Source of the DNA: a virus
Lineage: Duplodnaviria; Caudoviricetes
DNA: 42,396 bases
Direction: 5' to 3' (one strand)
Virus record (IMG/VR): IMGVR_UViG_3300038318_000507
Coordinates: 1 to 42,396 of that record
Shown: positions 8,407 through 17,342 of the stretch, piece after piece
Numbering within the stretch: the first letter of the stretch is position 1
Layout of the letters: every line of letters starts with the position of its first letter
Notes under the pieces: generated by a model
Seen by the model: the letters and a program-made list of their open reading frames with translations, nothing else
Database searches by the model: none
What the model was told of the DNA's origin: nothing
Program-made: the position numbers and the translations under genes

Positions 8407-10926
8407 TCAATACAAATCAATAAATCGTGTTTCTGTCGTTCCGTCCTCGTACTCGAACACCACCTCAATGCCAACCTGCCCATTTGCACCCTTGTTAAGG
8501 TTATCTGAGCCGATTTGCGCCGATATGGTGTAGCTGCGGCGGGAAGCCGGATAAACCGTTTGCGCCATGCTTTTGGTCATATTCGCCATACCAACCGCCT
8601 TGAAGGAGGCTGTGCCGGATACGCCATTTTCGGTATCCACAACAAAACCGCTATTCTGCCAGTAAGCAAATCCGTCATCGCCACGGGAGTTCCGCAGGTG
8701 GTTGAACGGCACCATATCCTTGATTTCCTGCCCGATGAGATTGCTTTGGTCGAACTGGTCAGCAATCGTCGCAGAGGAAGAATCGCCAAGTTCTCTGAGT
8801 TTCGTGGAGAGTTCCAGTACGGTTTTCCACGGTTCTTGGAGGTTGTACTGGCGGCGTATAATTCGTGTCTTGATGGTCAGGTTCAAATCCCTGTCATCAA
8901 CGGTCACGATATCGCCCAAATCCCACCGTTCATGCTCATAGCCCGTCAGTATGGACAAGTCCATCGCCGAAAGGACATAGGATACGCGGGGCTTTGCGTA
9001 CTCCGCAAGCCGCATATTGGTAAATTCAAGCATCTGATAAGGGTTCGTAAAATTGGAGCAGTCAAGAGTCGCCACACGCACTTCGCCTGAATAGGTGAAG
9101 TCCTCCACATATTCCTTGCCGCCGTTGATGGCGGCAAAGGTCATGCCGTCCTTGCCGATGGCGTAGAGCCGTGTGACAAGGCTTCTGGTGTCCACCACCC
9201 GTTTAATACCCGTCAAATTTTTGCGGTAGGCGAAGAGCGCACCGCTGTCAGTTCCGCTGAATGTCAGCAAATCCACACGCCGGTCGCGGCTATGGAATAC
9301 CAAATCGCCGCCGTGGATGTTTTGCACCATCCGCAGGATGGATAGTGCGTTCTTTTCTTGGCACTGCCATGTTCGAAGGGTGGTCACATTCACCGTGCCG
9401 ACTTCCCAGCCTGTACCCGCAAGGGCAAACGCGATCGGGACGGCGGGCAGGTCGGCGTTGAACTCTATCGGTTGTTTCTCCGCAGAAAAGGTCAGGTCAT
9501 AGAAAGCCGCTTCCGCATAAACGCTTGTGAGAATGCTGTTGCCATCCGAACCTTTTTCATCCGTCATCGTCCGTATACGATAAACATCCTCGGCAATCTG
9601 CACCTGTTTTTCATTGTCAAGCGTCGCCCGCTTCGGGTCACTGTACGGCAGCTTAAATTCCAATGAATCCGCTCCGTTGACTTCTCCCGTAACGATGATG
9701 TCATAGGCGTTTTCCAGCACTGTTTCCCAGGCTCCGTTGTCGTCCAAGACCACGGGGCGGGCAAAGCCCAGTTTCTCATACGGGGCTTTCGGGATGTCGT
9801 GGAGGGTGATATCGAGCAGCTTTGGAGTGACCGCCGTGTCGTCGGTGGAAAGCATTACTCTGTATTTAATGAAAGCCCGGTTCGGGGACGAAAGCTCGCC
9901 GTTCGAACCGACCGCCTGCCAAGCTGACCAGTCTTGCAGATCATCCGAAGTTGACGTTTCTATCGGTGAGATGGAAGTGACACCCGCCGTGTACTCGCTT
10001 GTTATCGATACCCGACCACTCCCCGCAAGGCCGCATTCGGCGGCAATCGTGGTCAGCTGACCGCTTTCGGGGTAGAGATTATCCGTTCCTTTCCGCAGGG
10101 TAACAGCCCCCGGCTCAGTTAGGGCGTCCACGCTCCCCGAAGTGTCTCCGCCGTTGGCAAGCATCGCCTGACGGAAATGCCGAATTAAATCCTCAATAGT
10201 TAAGTCGCTGTCTGTTTCGAAGAACCACTCGTCTAAACTACCTGCGTAGTAATACTGGTTTGCGTGCATTCCCATGACGATATCCGCCACGCAGGATGGG
10301 TTCAGTACGCCTGTAAATGTTCGTAAGGGAGCCGTCCACACTGCGCCGTCGGCACGATTGCAAAGTACAATCTGCGAAGTCTTTTCAGTCACATTAATTA
10401 TAGCGGCGAGGAAATACCAGCCGTTATTGACCATGCTAAATCCAGGTGTCTCGGTCTGGTCGAGGATAAGCGTTCCTGCCGAATTGTAGAGCATCATTCG
10501 CGGTCTACCTTGGTAGAGGGAAATATACAAAATCGGCTGACCGGGACCTTGCCTTGTATTGAAAAGCGGGATGAAGTTCTGTCCGACAGAATAGGTGGTC
10601 GGGTTTATCCAGCCACCGACAGCGATTTTGTCACCGAGATCAGAAAAGAATGTACCGTCGTTGGTGGCGACAAGGTGCGTCTTCTCCGTGGTCGGGTTAT
10701 TGATGTTCATGCGAAAATATCGCCCAAACCTGCCGTTCGGTAAAGACGCGGTCGTACCGCTCCAGCCGGACACAGTAAAATGCCGCCCGTTGCCGGAGGA
10801 ATCCGCAAGGCGGGTATCGCTGTCCGGTGCGGATTCATTGAACCGCCAGAGTGCGGATATTTTCTCGGTCAGGGAGATTTCGCCCGTGAAGTCTGTTTGA
10901 GAAGTCAATATCGATTTTACCGCCAC
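8407..10926 (-). CDS. Tail tip/spike protein: N-terminal LamG-like domain, prophage endopeptidase-tail domain, C-terminal partial CBM-like domain
   Basis: ALWRFNE...GWINP...SLDEW LamG pattern; LVTRLYAIGKDG, KPRVSYVLS, DLGDIVTVDD tail motifs; NHLRNS...AYWQ CBM-like start; GTG at 10926 after GGAGGTG. Confidence 0.85.
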   Translation of the reverse strand: MAVKSILTSQTDFTGEISLTEKISALWRFNESAPDSDTRLADSSGNGRHFTVSGWSGTTASLPNGRFGRYFRMNINNPTTEKTHLVATNDGTFFSDLGDKIAVGGWINPTTYSVGQNFIPLFNTRQGPGQPILYISLYQGRPRMMLYNSAGTLILDQTETPGFSMVNNGWYFLAAIINVTEKTSQIVLCNRADGAVWTAPLRTFTGVLNPSCVADIVMGMHANQYYYAGSLDEWFFETDSDLTIEDLIRHFRQAMLANGGDTSGSVDALTEPGAVTLRKGTDNLYPESGQLTTIAAECGLAGSGRVSITSEYTAGVTSISPIETSTSDDLQDWSAWQAVGSNGELSSPNRAFIKYRVMLSTDDTAVTPKLLDITLHDIPKAPYEKLGFARPVVLDDNGAWETVLENAYDIIVTGEVNGADSLEFKLPYSDPKRATLDNEKQVQIAEDVYRIRTMTDEKGSDGNSILTSVYAEAAFYDLTFSAEKQPIEFNADLPAVPIAFALAGTGWEVGTVNVTTLRTWQCQEKNALSILRMVQNIHGGDLVFHSRDRRVDLLTFSGTDSGALFAYRKNLTGIKRVVDTRSLVTRLYAIGKDGMTFAAINGGKEYVEDFTYSGEVRVATLDCSNFTNPYQMLEFTNMRLAEYAKPRVSYVLSAMDLSILTGYEHERWDLGDIVTVDDRDLNLTIKTRIIRRQYNLQEPWKTVLELSTKLRELGDSSSATIADQFDQSNLIGQEIKDMVPFNHLRNSRGDDGFAYWQNSGFVVDTENGVSGTASFKAVGMANMTKSMAQTVYPASRRSYTISAQIGSDNLNKGANGQVGIEVVFEYEDGTTETRFIDLY

Positions 10927-10930
10927 TTTG

Positions 10931-11704
10931 TCACCTCCAACGGCTCTTGGCCTGTATTTGCAGTTCCGTAAAGGTTGCACCTACCGTCGTAATGGCTACG
11001 GTGTTTGCTCCTTTGCGGAGTATTGGGAAATTCAATTCTTGCAATAGCGGCAGACCATTTCGGAGTGTTTCGCCCGTGCCGTCTACCACCTTCGCGGTTA
11101 CTAAACCGCTGTCGATGACGAGGGTCTCGCCGGAAGCCAGCGCACCGACCACGCGAAGTTCCTCGTCGTTTGTTTTCAAAGACAAATAGGTTGATGAGCC
11201 TGACGGAATCGTGCCTTTCAAAAGGTAGACAGGAAGAGAGTCGGTATTACCCTTTATCCTTGTGACCGTATTTGCTCCTGTCTGGGTCAATGTAAAGCTC
11301 TCGTCCGTCAAAGCGTAAGCGTGTGGATCGGGACAGACGAAGTTTAAGTCAAACGCGCCTGCCGAGCGAATAAGCCGTTCGCAATTAACGGCGTCCTGCA
11401 GCCGTGCCGTAAAGTATCTATCCGGCACATCGTCAAGTACAAGCTGTTTTAGTCCCTTGTCAGGGTCAAGCCACTCGGCAAGTCCGTCCAAAACACCAAC
11501 CAGCGAAGCAAGGTTGTGCTTTGGTGCGATATTACAGCGCAGGGTGATAACCCGCTCCGCGCTGTCGCTCCCAAAGTCCGCCACACCGGGCTTGCCGGGT
11601 ATGGATACAAAGGAGTTGCGTAAAGGCGGCGAAGCCTGCCAAGAGGTCAGCCGAGCCTTGATGTTCATGCTTTGCGATGATATTCCGTTAAAAATAAAGC
11701 CCAC
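10931..11704 (-). CDS. Distal tail protein (Dit)
   Basis: MGFIFNGISS, LVLDDVPDRYF, FVCPDPHAY motifs; directly downstream of tape measure. Confidence 0.88.
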   Translation of the reverse strand: MGFIFNGISSQSMNIKARLTSWQASPPLRNSFVSIPGKPGVADFGSDSAERVITLRCNIAPKHNLASLVGVLDGLAEWLDPDKGLKQLVLDDVPDRYFTARLQDAVNCERLIRSAGAFDLNFVCPDPHAYALTDESFTLTQTGANTVTRIKGNTDSLPVYLLKGTIPSGSSTYLSLKTNDEELRVVGALASGETLVIDSGLVTAKVVDGTGETLRNGLPLLQELNFPILRKGANTVAITTVGATFTELQIQAKSRWR

Positions 11705-11715
11705 GCCAACACCTC

Positions 11716-14184
11716 CTATGCCGGGCTAAACCGTCCCTGCGCACGAGAGCCGGTCTGCATCAGGTTATACAGTTCCTGTGAAATTCTGCGGATGTCGTCC
11801 TCGCTACGGACAATCATCTGCTGTATGGTGATGAGTGCAGGCGCGCCTGACACCGCCAAGCCGCCATAACTTCCGGTCACATCACCCACATTTATGCCGG
11901 GTGTATCAAAAGCGGTGGGGATGGCGTTCTGCATATCCTCGGCGACTTCATCCATCGCCCGTTCGAAGCCAATGCCGATGCCCTGACCCATGTTCTCACC
12001 AAGCCCGGCAAATAAGGTGGAGGGAGAACGGATGCCGAAGAAGTTTTTAATGCCGTCGACGATACCGCCGAAGAATCCGGAGATTTTACCCCAAATCCAG
12101 TCTGCTGCATTGGAAATACCCTGCCAAAGCCCCTTAATGAGGTCGGTACCGACTTGCACGATTTTACCGATGTTGCCGGTAAAGCCCTTGACGATGGCAG
12201 TAATAATTTGAGGTATCGCTTTCACGATTTCCACAATGATGGTTGGCAGGTTCTTTATCAGCGACACGAAAAGCTGTATGCCTGCTTGAACAAGTTGCGG
12301 GATGCTCCCGGTAATGGCTGTTACGAGCGACGAGATAATCTGTGGTATCGCCGCCACGATTGCCGTTATAATTTGCGGTAGGTTTTGAACCAACGATATT
12401 AACAGCTGAATCCCGGCGTCAATAAGCTGGGGAATAGAGCCGAGGATCGCCGTAATTAAACCCTCGATAATTTGCGGTATTGCCGCCACAATTGCTGTGA
12501 TGATTTCAGGCAAGGCGTCTACTAAGGACGCCAGAAGCTGAATCCCTGCATCAATAATTTGCGGGATAGCCCCGATGATAAAATCTACAATGCCGAGGAT
12601 GATAGCTGGCAGAGCAGCGATCAATTGGGGTAGTGCATCCAGGATTCCCTGTGCCAGTCCAAGAATCAGTTGAAGGGCGGCATCAAGTATCATAGGCAGG
12701 CTTTCCATCAAGCCTTGAACGATTGTGATCACAGCGTTCACCGCCGCCGGTATCAACTGTGGAAGTGCATCGGCGATGCCTGTAACGAGAGTGGTCACTA
12801 ATTGAACCGCTGCATCAATAAGTAATGGAAGATTATCAATCAGCGCACCCACAATGGTCATAACAGCATCCACGGCAGCGGGGATGAGTTCGGGCAAAAG
12901 CGTCAAAATCGTTGTCAGCACCTGTGTGAAAAGGTCGACTACCGTAGAGAGCAGAGTCGGAAGCAAATCACCGATTGCCCGTAGTATCCCGTCGAGGGCA
13001 GGCGGCAGTGCTCTTACGATATTCTCAATAACTGGAACAATGTTTTTCACGACGTTCTGGAACGCTTCGACCACATTACCAATCAAAAGTCCTACATCAG
13101 CATTGGCATTACCCAAACCCGCCATCAAGTTGCCTATGGCCGATTGCATCCCCGCCATAGAGCCAGTTATTGTTTCCGTGGCTTCCAAGGCGGTCGTTCC
13201 TGTGATCCCCATTTCGGTCTGAATGACATGGATTGCTTCGGTTAAATCGGAAAATGAAGAGAGGTCGTATTTGATGCCGGAGATTTTTTCGGCATCAGCC
13301 AGGAGCCTCTCCATTTCAGACTTTGTGCCGCCATAGCCCAGTTTCAGGTTGTCAAGCATCGTGTAGTTCTGCTTGGCGAAACCCTGATAGGCATTTTGGA
13401 TGGATGCGATGTCCGTACCCATTTTATTGGCGTTATCGGCCATATCCGTAATCGCCATGTCCGCAACCTGCGCCGCTTTTGCGGTATCGCCGCCGAGGGA
13501 CTGGATAAGACTTGCCGAAAAGCCCGTGACAGTTTCCATATATTCGTTGGCGGACATACCGGCGGTCTTGAAGGCATTTTCGGCATACCCCTGTACAGAC
13601 TGTGACGCCTCCCCGAACAGCGTATCCACGCCGCCGACCAGTTGTTCGTAGTCCGCATAGGCGGATATGACTTCTTTGCCAAGTTTGACGGCAGCGGCTC
13701 CGGCAGCAACAGCCACCGCGCCCATTGCCACGCCGATGCCTTTGAGGATGCCGCCCAGCCTCTCGAATTTTCCGCCGGATTTTTCGGCGCTGTCACCAGC
13801 GTCCTCCAGTTCCTCACCAAGGTCGTCGGCTTCTTCCGCTGATTCTTCCAATTCACGCTCCATGTTGTTCAGTTCCGCGTTGGCGTTATTGAGGGCGATC
13901 TGCCAGTTTTGAGTGCGGCGATCATTTTCACCAAAGCTGTCGGAGGCGTTTCGAAGTGCGGCTTCAAGGGTGGAAATTTTGTCCTTCTGGGCATCGATTG
14001 CTTTATTTAGGACTTCGTTGCGAGCGGCAGTAGCTGCTATGGATTTATCCTGTTTGTCGAACTCGCTCGTTACCAGCTTCATTTCTGAGCCCAGCACTTT
14101 GAAGGATTGGTTTATGTCACGAAGTGCGCTCTTAAATTCCTTCTCGCCCTCGACTCCTATTTTTAACCCGAAGTTGTCAGCCAC
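11716..14184 (-). CDS. Tape measure protein
   Basis: GLKIGVEGEKEF N-terminus, coiled coil, QNYTMLDNLKLGYGGT motif, amphipathic xPQII repeats. Confidence 0.93.
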   Translation of the reverse strand: MADNFGLKIGVEGEKEFKSALRDINQSFKVLGSEMKLVTSEFDKQDKSIAATAARNEVLNKAIDAQKDKISTLEAALRNASDSFGENDRRTQNWQIALNNANAELNNMERELEESAEEADDLGEELEDAGDSAEKSGGKFERLGGILKGIGVAMGAVAVAAGAAAVKLGKEVISAYADYEQLVGGVDTLFGEASQSVQGYAENAFKTAGMSANEYMETVTGFSASLIQSLGGDTAKAAQVADMAITDMADNANKMGTDIASIQNAYQGFAKQNYTMLDNLKLGYGGTKSEMERLLADAEKISGIKYDLSSFSDLTEAIHVIQTEMGITGTTALEATETITGSMAGMQSAIGNLMAGLGNANADVGLLIGNVVEAFQNVVKNIVPVIENIVRALPPALDGILRAIGDLLPTLLSTVVDLFTQVLTTILTLLPELIPAAVDAVMTIVGALIDNLPLLIDAAVQLVTTLVTGIADALPQLIPAAVNAVITIVQGLMESLPMILDAALQLILGLAQGILDALPQLIAALPAIILGIVDFIIGAIPQIIDAGIQLLASLVDALPEIITAIVAAIPQIIEGLITAILGSIPQLIDAGIQLLISLVQNLPQIITAIVAAIPQIISSLVTAITGSIPQLVQAGIQLFVSLIKNLPTIIVEIVKAIPQIITAIVKGFTGNIGKIVQVGTDLIKGLWQGISNAADWIWGKISGFFGGIVDGIKNFFGIRSPSTLFAGLGENMGQGIGIGFERAMDEVAEDMQNAIPTAFDTPGINVGDVTGSYGGLAVSGAPALITIQQMIVRSEDDIRRISQELYNLMQTGSRAQGRFSPA

Positions 14185-14210
14185 TTAAAACCCCTCCTCC
14201 CTAAAAAAAA

Positions 14211-14413
14211 TTAGATGCCATCAGGGATGACATCTTCAATAAACAGTTCGCGCTTTGGTTTGGTCATTCCGAGGAACTGGCGATGGCATTCCCACAAGTC
14301 CAGCAATTGCCCTATCGGGGTGAGCCACGTTTCCTCTTCGGAGCGATTCAGATGAACCGTGCCGTAATATAAAAGTCGGGTAAACAACTCATCGTCGCTT
14401 ACCCGACCTCGGC
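14211..14413 (-). CDS. Tail assembly chaperone extension (gpGT-like), reached by -1 frameshift
   Basis: Open -1 frame RRGRVSDDELFTRLLYYGTVHL...DVIPDGI* following the A AAA AAC slippery heptamer at 14420-14414; absent from the ORF track. Confidence 0.75.
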
Positions 14414-14785
14414 GTTTTTTGGTTCACCATCCTCGCTTTCGATGTTACGAGCCGTCCCTTTGAACATCGCCTCGGTAATTGCCGACTTATACGCCGCCAG
14501 TTCAAGTGGCGAGGTGAGCAATTCCACTTCTTCCTCGGTCAGCAGATCTTTCGGTTTCTCCTTGTTGCGCAGGTTGTGGATGAGGATGGGCTGGTTAGCA
14601 AGGAGCGTAATCAGCCAGATAATCTCGTCCAGCGCCATCTCGAAGTTTTCTGACTTCATTAACTTATCACCCAAGTTATCCAGCCCGCCGTAGCGTTTGG
14701 CGATTTCCTTTGTAGCACGGGTGGACAAAATTAACTCATAATCTTCGTCGCCGATTTTGATGCGGGCGCTTCGTTCGTTATCCAT
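14399..14785 (-). CDS. Tail assembly chaperone (gpG-like)
   Basis: Position between major tail and tape measure; ends PKNAEVG* over a slippery site. Confidence 0.85.
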   Translation of the reverse strand: MDNERSARIKIGDEDYELILSTRATKEIAKRYGGLDNLGDKLMKSENFEMALDEIIWLITLLANQPILIHNLRNKEKPKDLLTEEEVELLTSPLELAAYKSAITEAMFKGTARNIESEDGEPKNAEVG

Positions 14786-14788
14786 GCA

Positions 14789-15388
14789 TTAACCCTCCAA
14801 ACCCGTGTCAAAGTCAGGTTCGTACACTTCTGTATACCAACCGCTGATCACACCTGGTAGCACATCCGCATCATCTTCGTTAACTTCCGCTTTCCAAGGA
14901 TGACGATCATTGCCGTCCGGTTTATTGCGGCGGGAAACAGTACCTTCAATACTCGGTGTGGAAAAGGTGATGCTATCGCCCTTGGTGGCGAGATTGGTGG
15001 ACGGAACGCCGAACTTCACGCGGTAAAGCCAGAAGTAGCGGTACTTACCATTCGCTTTTTTTGCCCGAAATCCAATAGCAACAGGGTCGCCACCGTCCTC
15101 TGAAGCCGAAATAAGAACGCCGTTTTCATCCATGGTCGCTCCTGTCAGCTTTGCGGCGACGGTTTTTCCGATGTCATCCACACCAAGGGTAAGCTTACCG
15201 TTTTTGAATTCCTTGATGATTTCAGCGGCACCATCGTCCGCCCAGAGTGTCGCTTCCGCAAGTTCGATAGATAATTCAGCTGAGATTGCCTTAGCCAGCA
15301 TTACCGGAGTGTCGTAGGTCTCGTGACCCGTAATAGGCGCTTCGGTGACTGTTGCGTAGTAGAGTTTATCAAGACCAATTGTAGCCAT
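14789..15388 (-). CDS. Major tail protein (phi13-like)
   Basis: MATIGLDKLYYA, LWADDG, VAIGFRAKKANGKYRYFWLYRVKF; ATG 15388 after GGAGG. Confidence 0.9.
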   Translation of the reverse strand: MATIGLDKLYYATVTEAPITGHETYDTPVMLAKAISAELSIELAEATLWADDGAAEIIKEFKNGKLTLGVDDIGKTVAAKLTGATMDENGVLISASEDGGDPVAIGFRAKKANGKYRYFWLYRVKFGVPSTNLATKGDSITFSTPSIEGTVSRRNKPDGNDRHPWKAEVNEDDADVLPGVISGWYTEVYEPDFDTGLEG

Positions 15389-15389
15389 G

Positions 15390-15731
15390 TTATATTTCCT
15401 CCGTTTCGTATTCTTTCGCCACATCGATGGCGTAATGATAATAGCCGCTATCGTTCTCATAGCCGATGTAGCGGCGATCTGTTATCGTAAACGCCGCACC
15501 AAGCAGGGCGGCGGTAATCTGATTTTTCCGGTTGATGTAATTGCCTTCTGAAAACAGGGATATCCTCACCTCGGACACATCAATAAGCGGTGTATTATCC
15601 CCGAACAAGGCAAACTCATCCGTCATCGGTGTGAGAACAAGGTACTCGTTGGGTGCAACACCGCTGAATATGCCCGTTTCCACCGGTAGTAGAGGAGAGA
15701 GCAGCGCGTTCAGTTCCTGCAAAATGCTCAT
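15390..15731 (-). CDS. Tail completion/terminator protein
   Basis: Size and position; C-terminal YENDSGYYHYAID motif. Confidence 0.75.
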   Translation of the reverse strand: MSILQELNALLSPLLPVETGIFSGVAPNEYLVLTPMTDEFALFGDNTPLIDVSEVRISLFSEGNYINRKNQITAALLGAAFTITDRRYIGYENDSGYYHYAIDVAKEYETEEI

Positions 15732-16162
15732 ATGCGCTCCACCTCCTGGTCGAATTTTTCTTTCATCGCTTCAATAGCCGCATTCCTCGATTGTCTTCGG
15801 GCTGATCTCATGAAGGGTTTCGGCGGCTGACCGTGCTTACCGTATTCGAGAATATTAGCGATTTTGGCGTTACTGTCGCCGTCGCTTCTTGGCTCGGCAA
15901 AACCAATTTTGATATCCCAGCCTGAGCCGTCCCGTTTCTGCTTCGCAGGCGACAAACCGAGAGAGTCTTCCAACTCACCTGTGGAACGACTCTTTGTTTT
16001 CGTGCCATGCCCGACTACAGAGGAGAGGTTGCTTTTTGCCTTAGAAAGAACGACTTCACCGCCTGCTTCCAGCACTTTGGGGATAATTTCATCCGTTTTA
16101 TTGCCAAGGCGAGAGAGTTTTAGGAGGAATTCCTCCGGCATTTTCATTTCGATTTTTGCCAT
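15728..16162 (-). CDS. HK97 gp10-like neck/tail protein
   Basis: TGELEDS and ANILEYGKHGQPPKPF motifs. Confidence 0.85.
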   Translation of the reverse strand: MAKIEMKMPEEFLLKLSRLGNKTDEIIPKVLEAGGEVVLSKAKSNLSSVVGHGTKTKSRSTGELEDSLGLSPAKQKRDGSGWDIKIGFAEPRSDGDSNAKIANILEYGKHGQPPKPFMRSARRQSRNAAIEAMKEKFDQEVERI

Positions 16163-16506
16163 TATCTCACCGTCCCTTCCAATTTCTCCGCCAACACTTC
16201 GATATACATCCCGCGTCCGCGCACATCTTCCGCGTTAATAATGTTATAGCGGCCATCAGCTTCGGAGATAAAGTGTGAAGTCGTGACCGTTAAGCCCGGA
16301 ATTTTGCGGAAGCGAAACATCGCTGTTACGCTTGAAAACGCTGCATTCCCAATAATCCGTTCCCATTTTGCGGTGGTGTTGCGAACTTCCTTATATGCCT
16401 TAACAGAAGCGATAATGTTGTCGCCTTTGGTGACGAAGCCCTCCGCATCTTTGACTGGATCGGTTGAGATGATGTTGATTGGCGTACTCATTTTTCCGTA
16501 CCCCAT
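16162..16506 (-). CDS. Head-tail adaptor (SPP1 gp16-like)
   Basis: KDAEGF, FRFRKIPG, YNIINAEDVRGRGMYIEVLA; position. Confidence 0.8.
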   Translation of the reverse strand: MGYGKMSTPINIISTDPVKDAEGFVTKGDNIIASVKAYKEVRNTTAKWERIIGNAAFSSVTAMFRFRKIPGLTVTTSHFISEADGRYNIINAEDVRGRGMYIEVLAEKLEGTVR

Positions 16507-16508
16507 GC

Positions 16509-16826
16509 TTACACACCCCACAATCTGTCAAGACGCAAAAGCATGTTGACTGTATTCCAGACTTGTTGAGAAGCCTGAACGCTGTCGGCAAAGAAACCGG
16601 CCGTCGAGCCATCGCGGGATTCGTACCAATTCGATACAAGCATAATTACGGCCTGTTCAGTTGCGGCGGGCATAGTATTTTCGGTGTAATAGCCCTCCGC
16701 AATATGCTGATAGCTCTCGGCGTAATTGACAGCGGCGGCGATGAGGCGCAGGAGCAGATCGTCGTCATCAGCGTGTGTCAGTATTAGGTTTTCTTTGACT
16801 TTTGGCAACAATTCCGTTGGCGTCAT
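16509..16826 (-). CDS. Head-tail connector (HK97 gp6-like)
   Basis: VKENLIL..DDDLL..LIAAA, QAVIMLVSNWYESR. Confidence 0.88.
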   Translation of the reverse strand: MTPTELLPKVKENLILTHADDDDLLLRLIAAAVNYAESYQHIAEGYYTENTMPAATEQAVIMLVSNWYESRDGSTAGFFADSVQASQQVWNTVNMLLRLDRLWGV

Positions 16827-16841
16827 CGCCGCACACCTCCA

Positions 16842-17330
16842 TTATTCTTGGTCTGCCATCAATCCCGCAGCTTTCAGCTTTGCGAGCAGGGCATTGAAAT
16901 CCGTGACAAGAGTGGCTGTGTCCTCAGCTATGCTGTCGGCTTGATTCGCGGCAGCTTTCACAAGTCCGGAGACTGACTCCGTAGCATTGGTAGGATATGT
17001 CGGGACATACAGCTTATGGTCTTCGCCGATTTTAACTTCGACGGTGTCGTCCTCGGTTGCTTCGTCAGCTATGACACCGCCTAAAGTTTCGTCTGTTGCC
17101 GCAGCAAGTGCTTGAACATACAGTTTACTGTCATCGCCGATTTTAACTTCGACAGTGTCATCCTCACCAGCAGCGGCGGCTTTCACACCGCCAAGAGTAT
17201 CCCCAGTTGCCACAAGGAGAGGGTCGGCGGAGAGCCCCGTTACCGAGGCTCCCTCCTTGATTTCCAGCGTGCCGCCGATGACGGTTTTTTCGCCACCCTG
17301 TTCGGTATAGTTCTTTGTGTTATAGCTCAT
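16842..17330 (-). CDS. Head fiber/decoration protein with an internal 37-aa duplication
   Basis: MSYNTKNY..GG..TVIGG N-terminus, FNALLAKLKAAGLM C-terminus; ATxxTLGGV repeats; directly after capsid. Confidence 0.75.
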   Translation of the reverse strand: MSYNTKNYTEQGGEKTVIGGTLEIKEGASVTGLSADPLLVATGDTLGGVKAAAAGEDDTVEVKIGDDSKLYVQALAAATDETLGGVIADEATEDDTVEVKIGEDHKLYVPTYPTNATESVSGLVKAAANQADSIAEDTATLVTDFNALLAKLKAAGLMADQE

Positions 17331-17342
17331 ATTGCACCTCCG

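Noticed and set aside
12150-13000. Periodic repeats in the tape measure gene as a novel array
   Set aside because: Ordinary amphipathic tape-measure protein repeats
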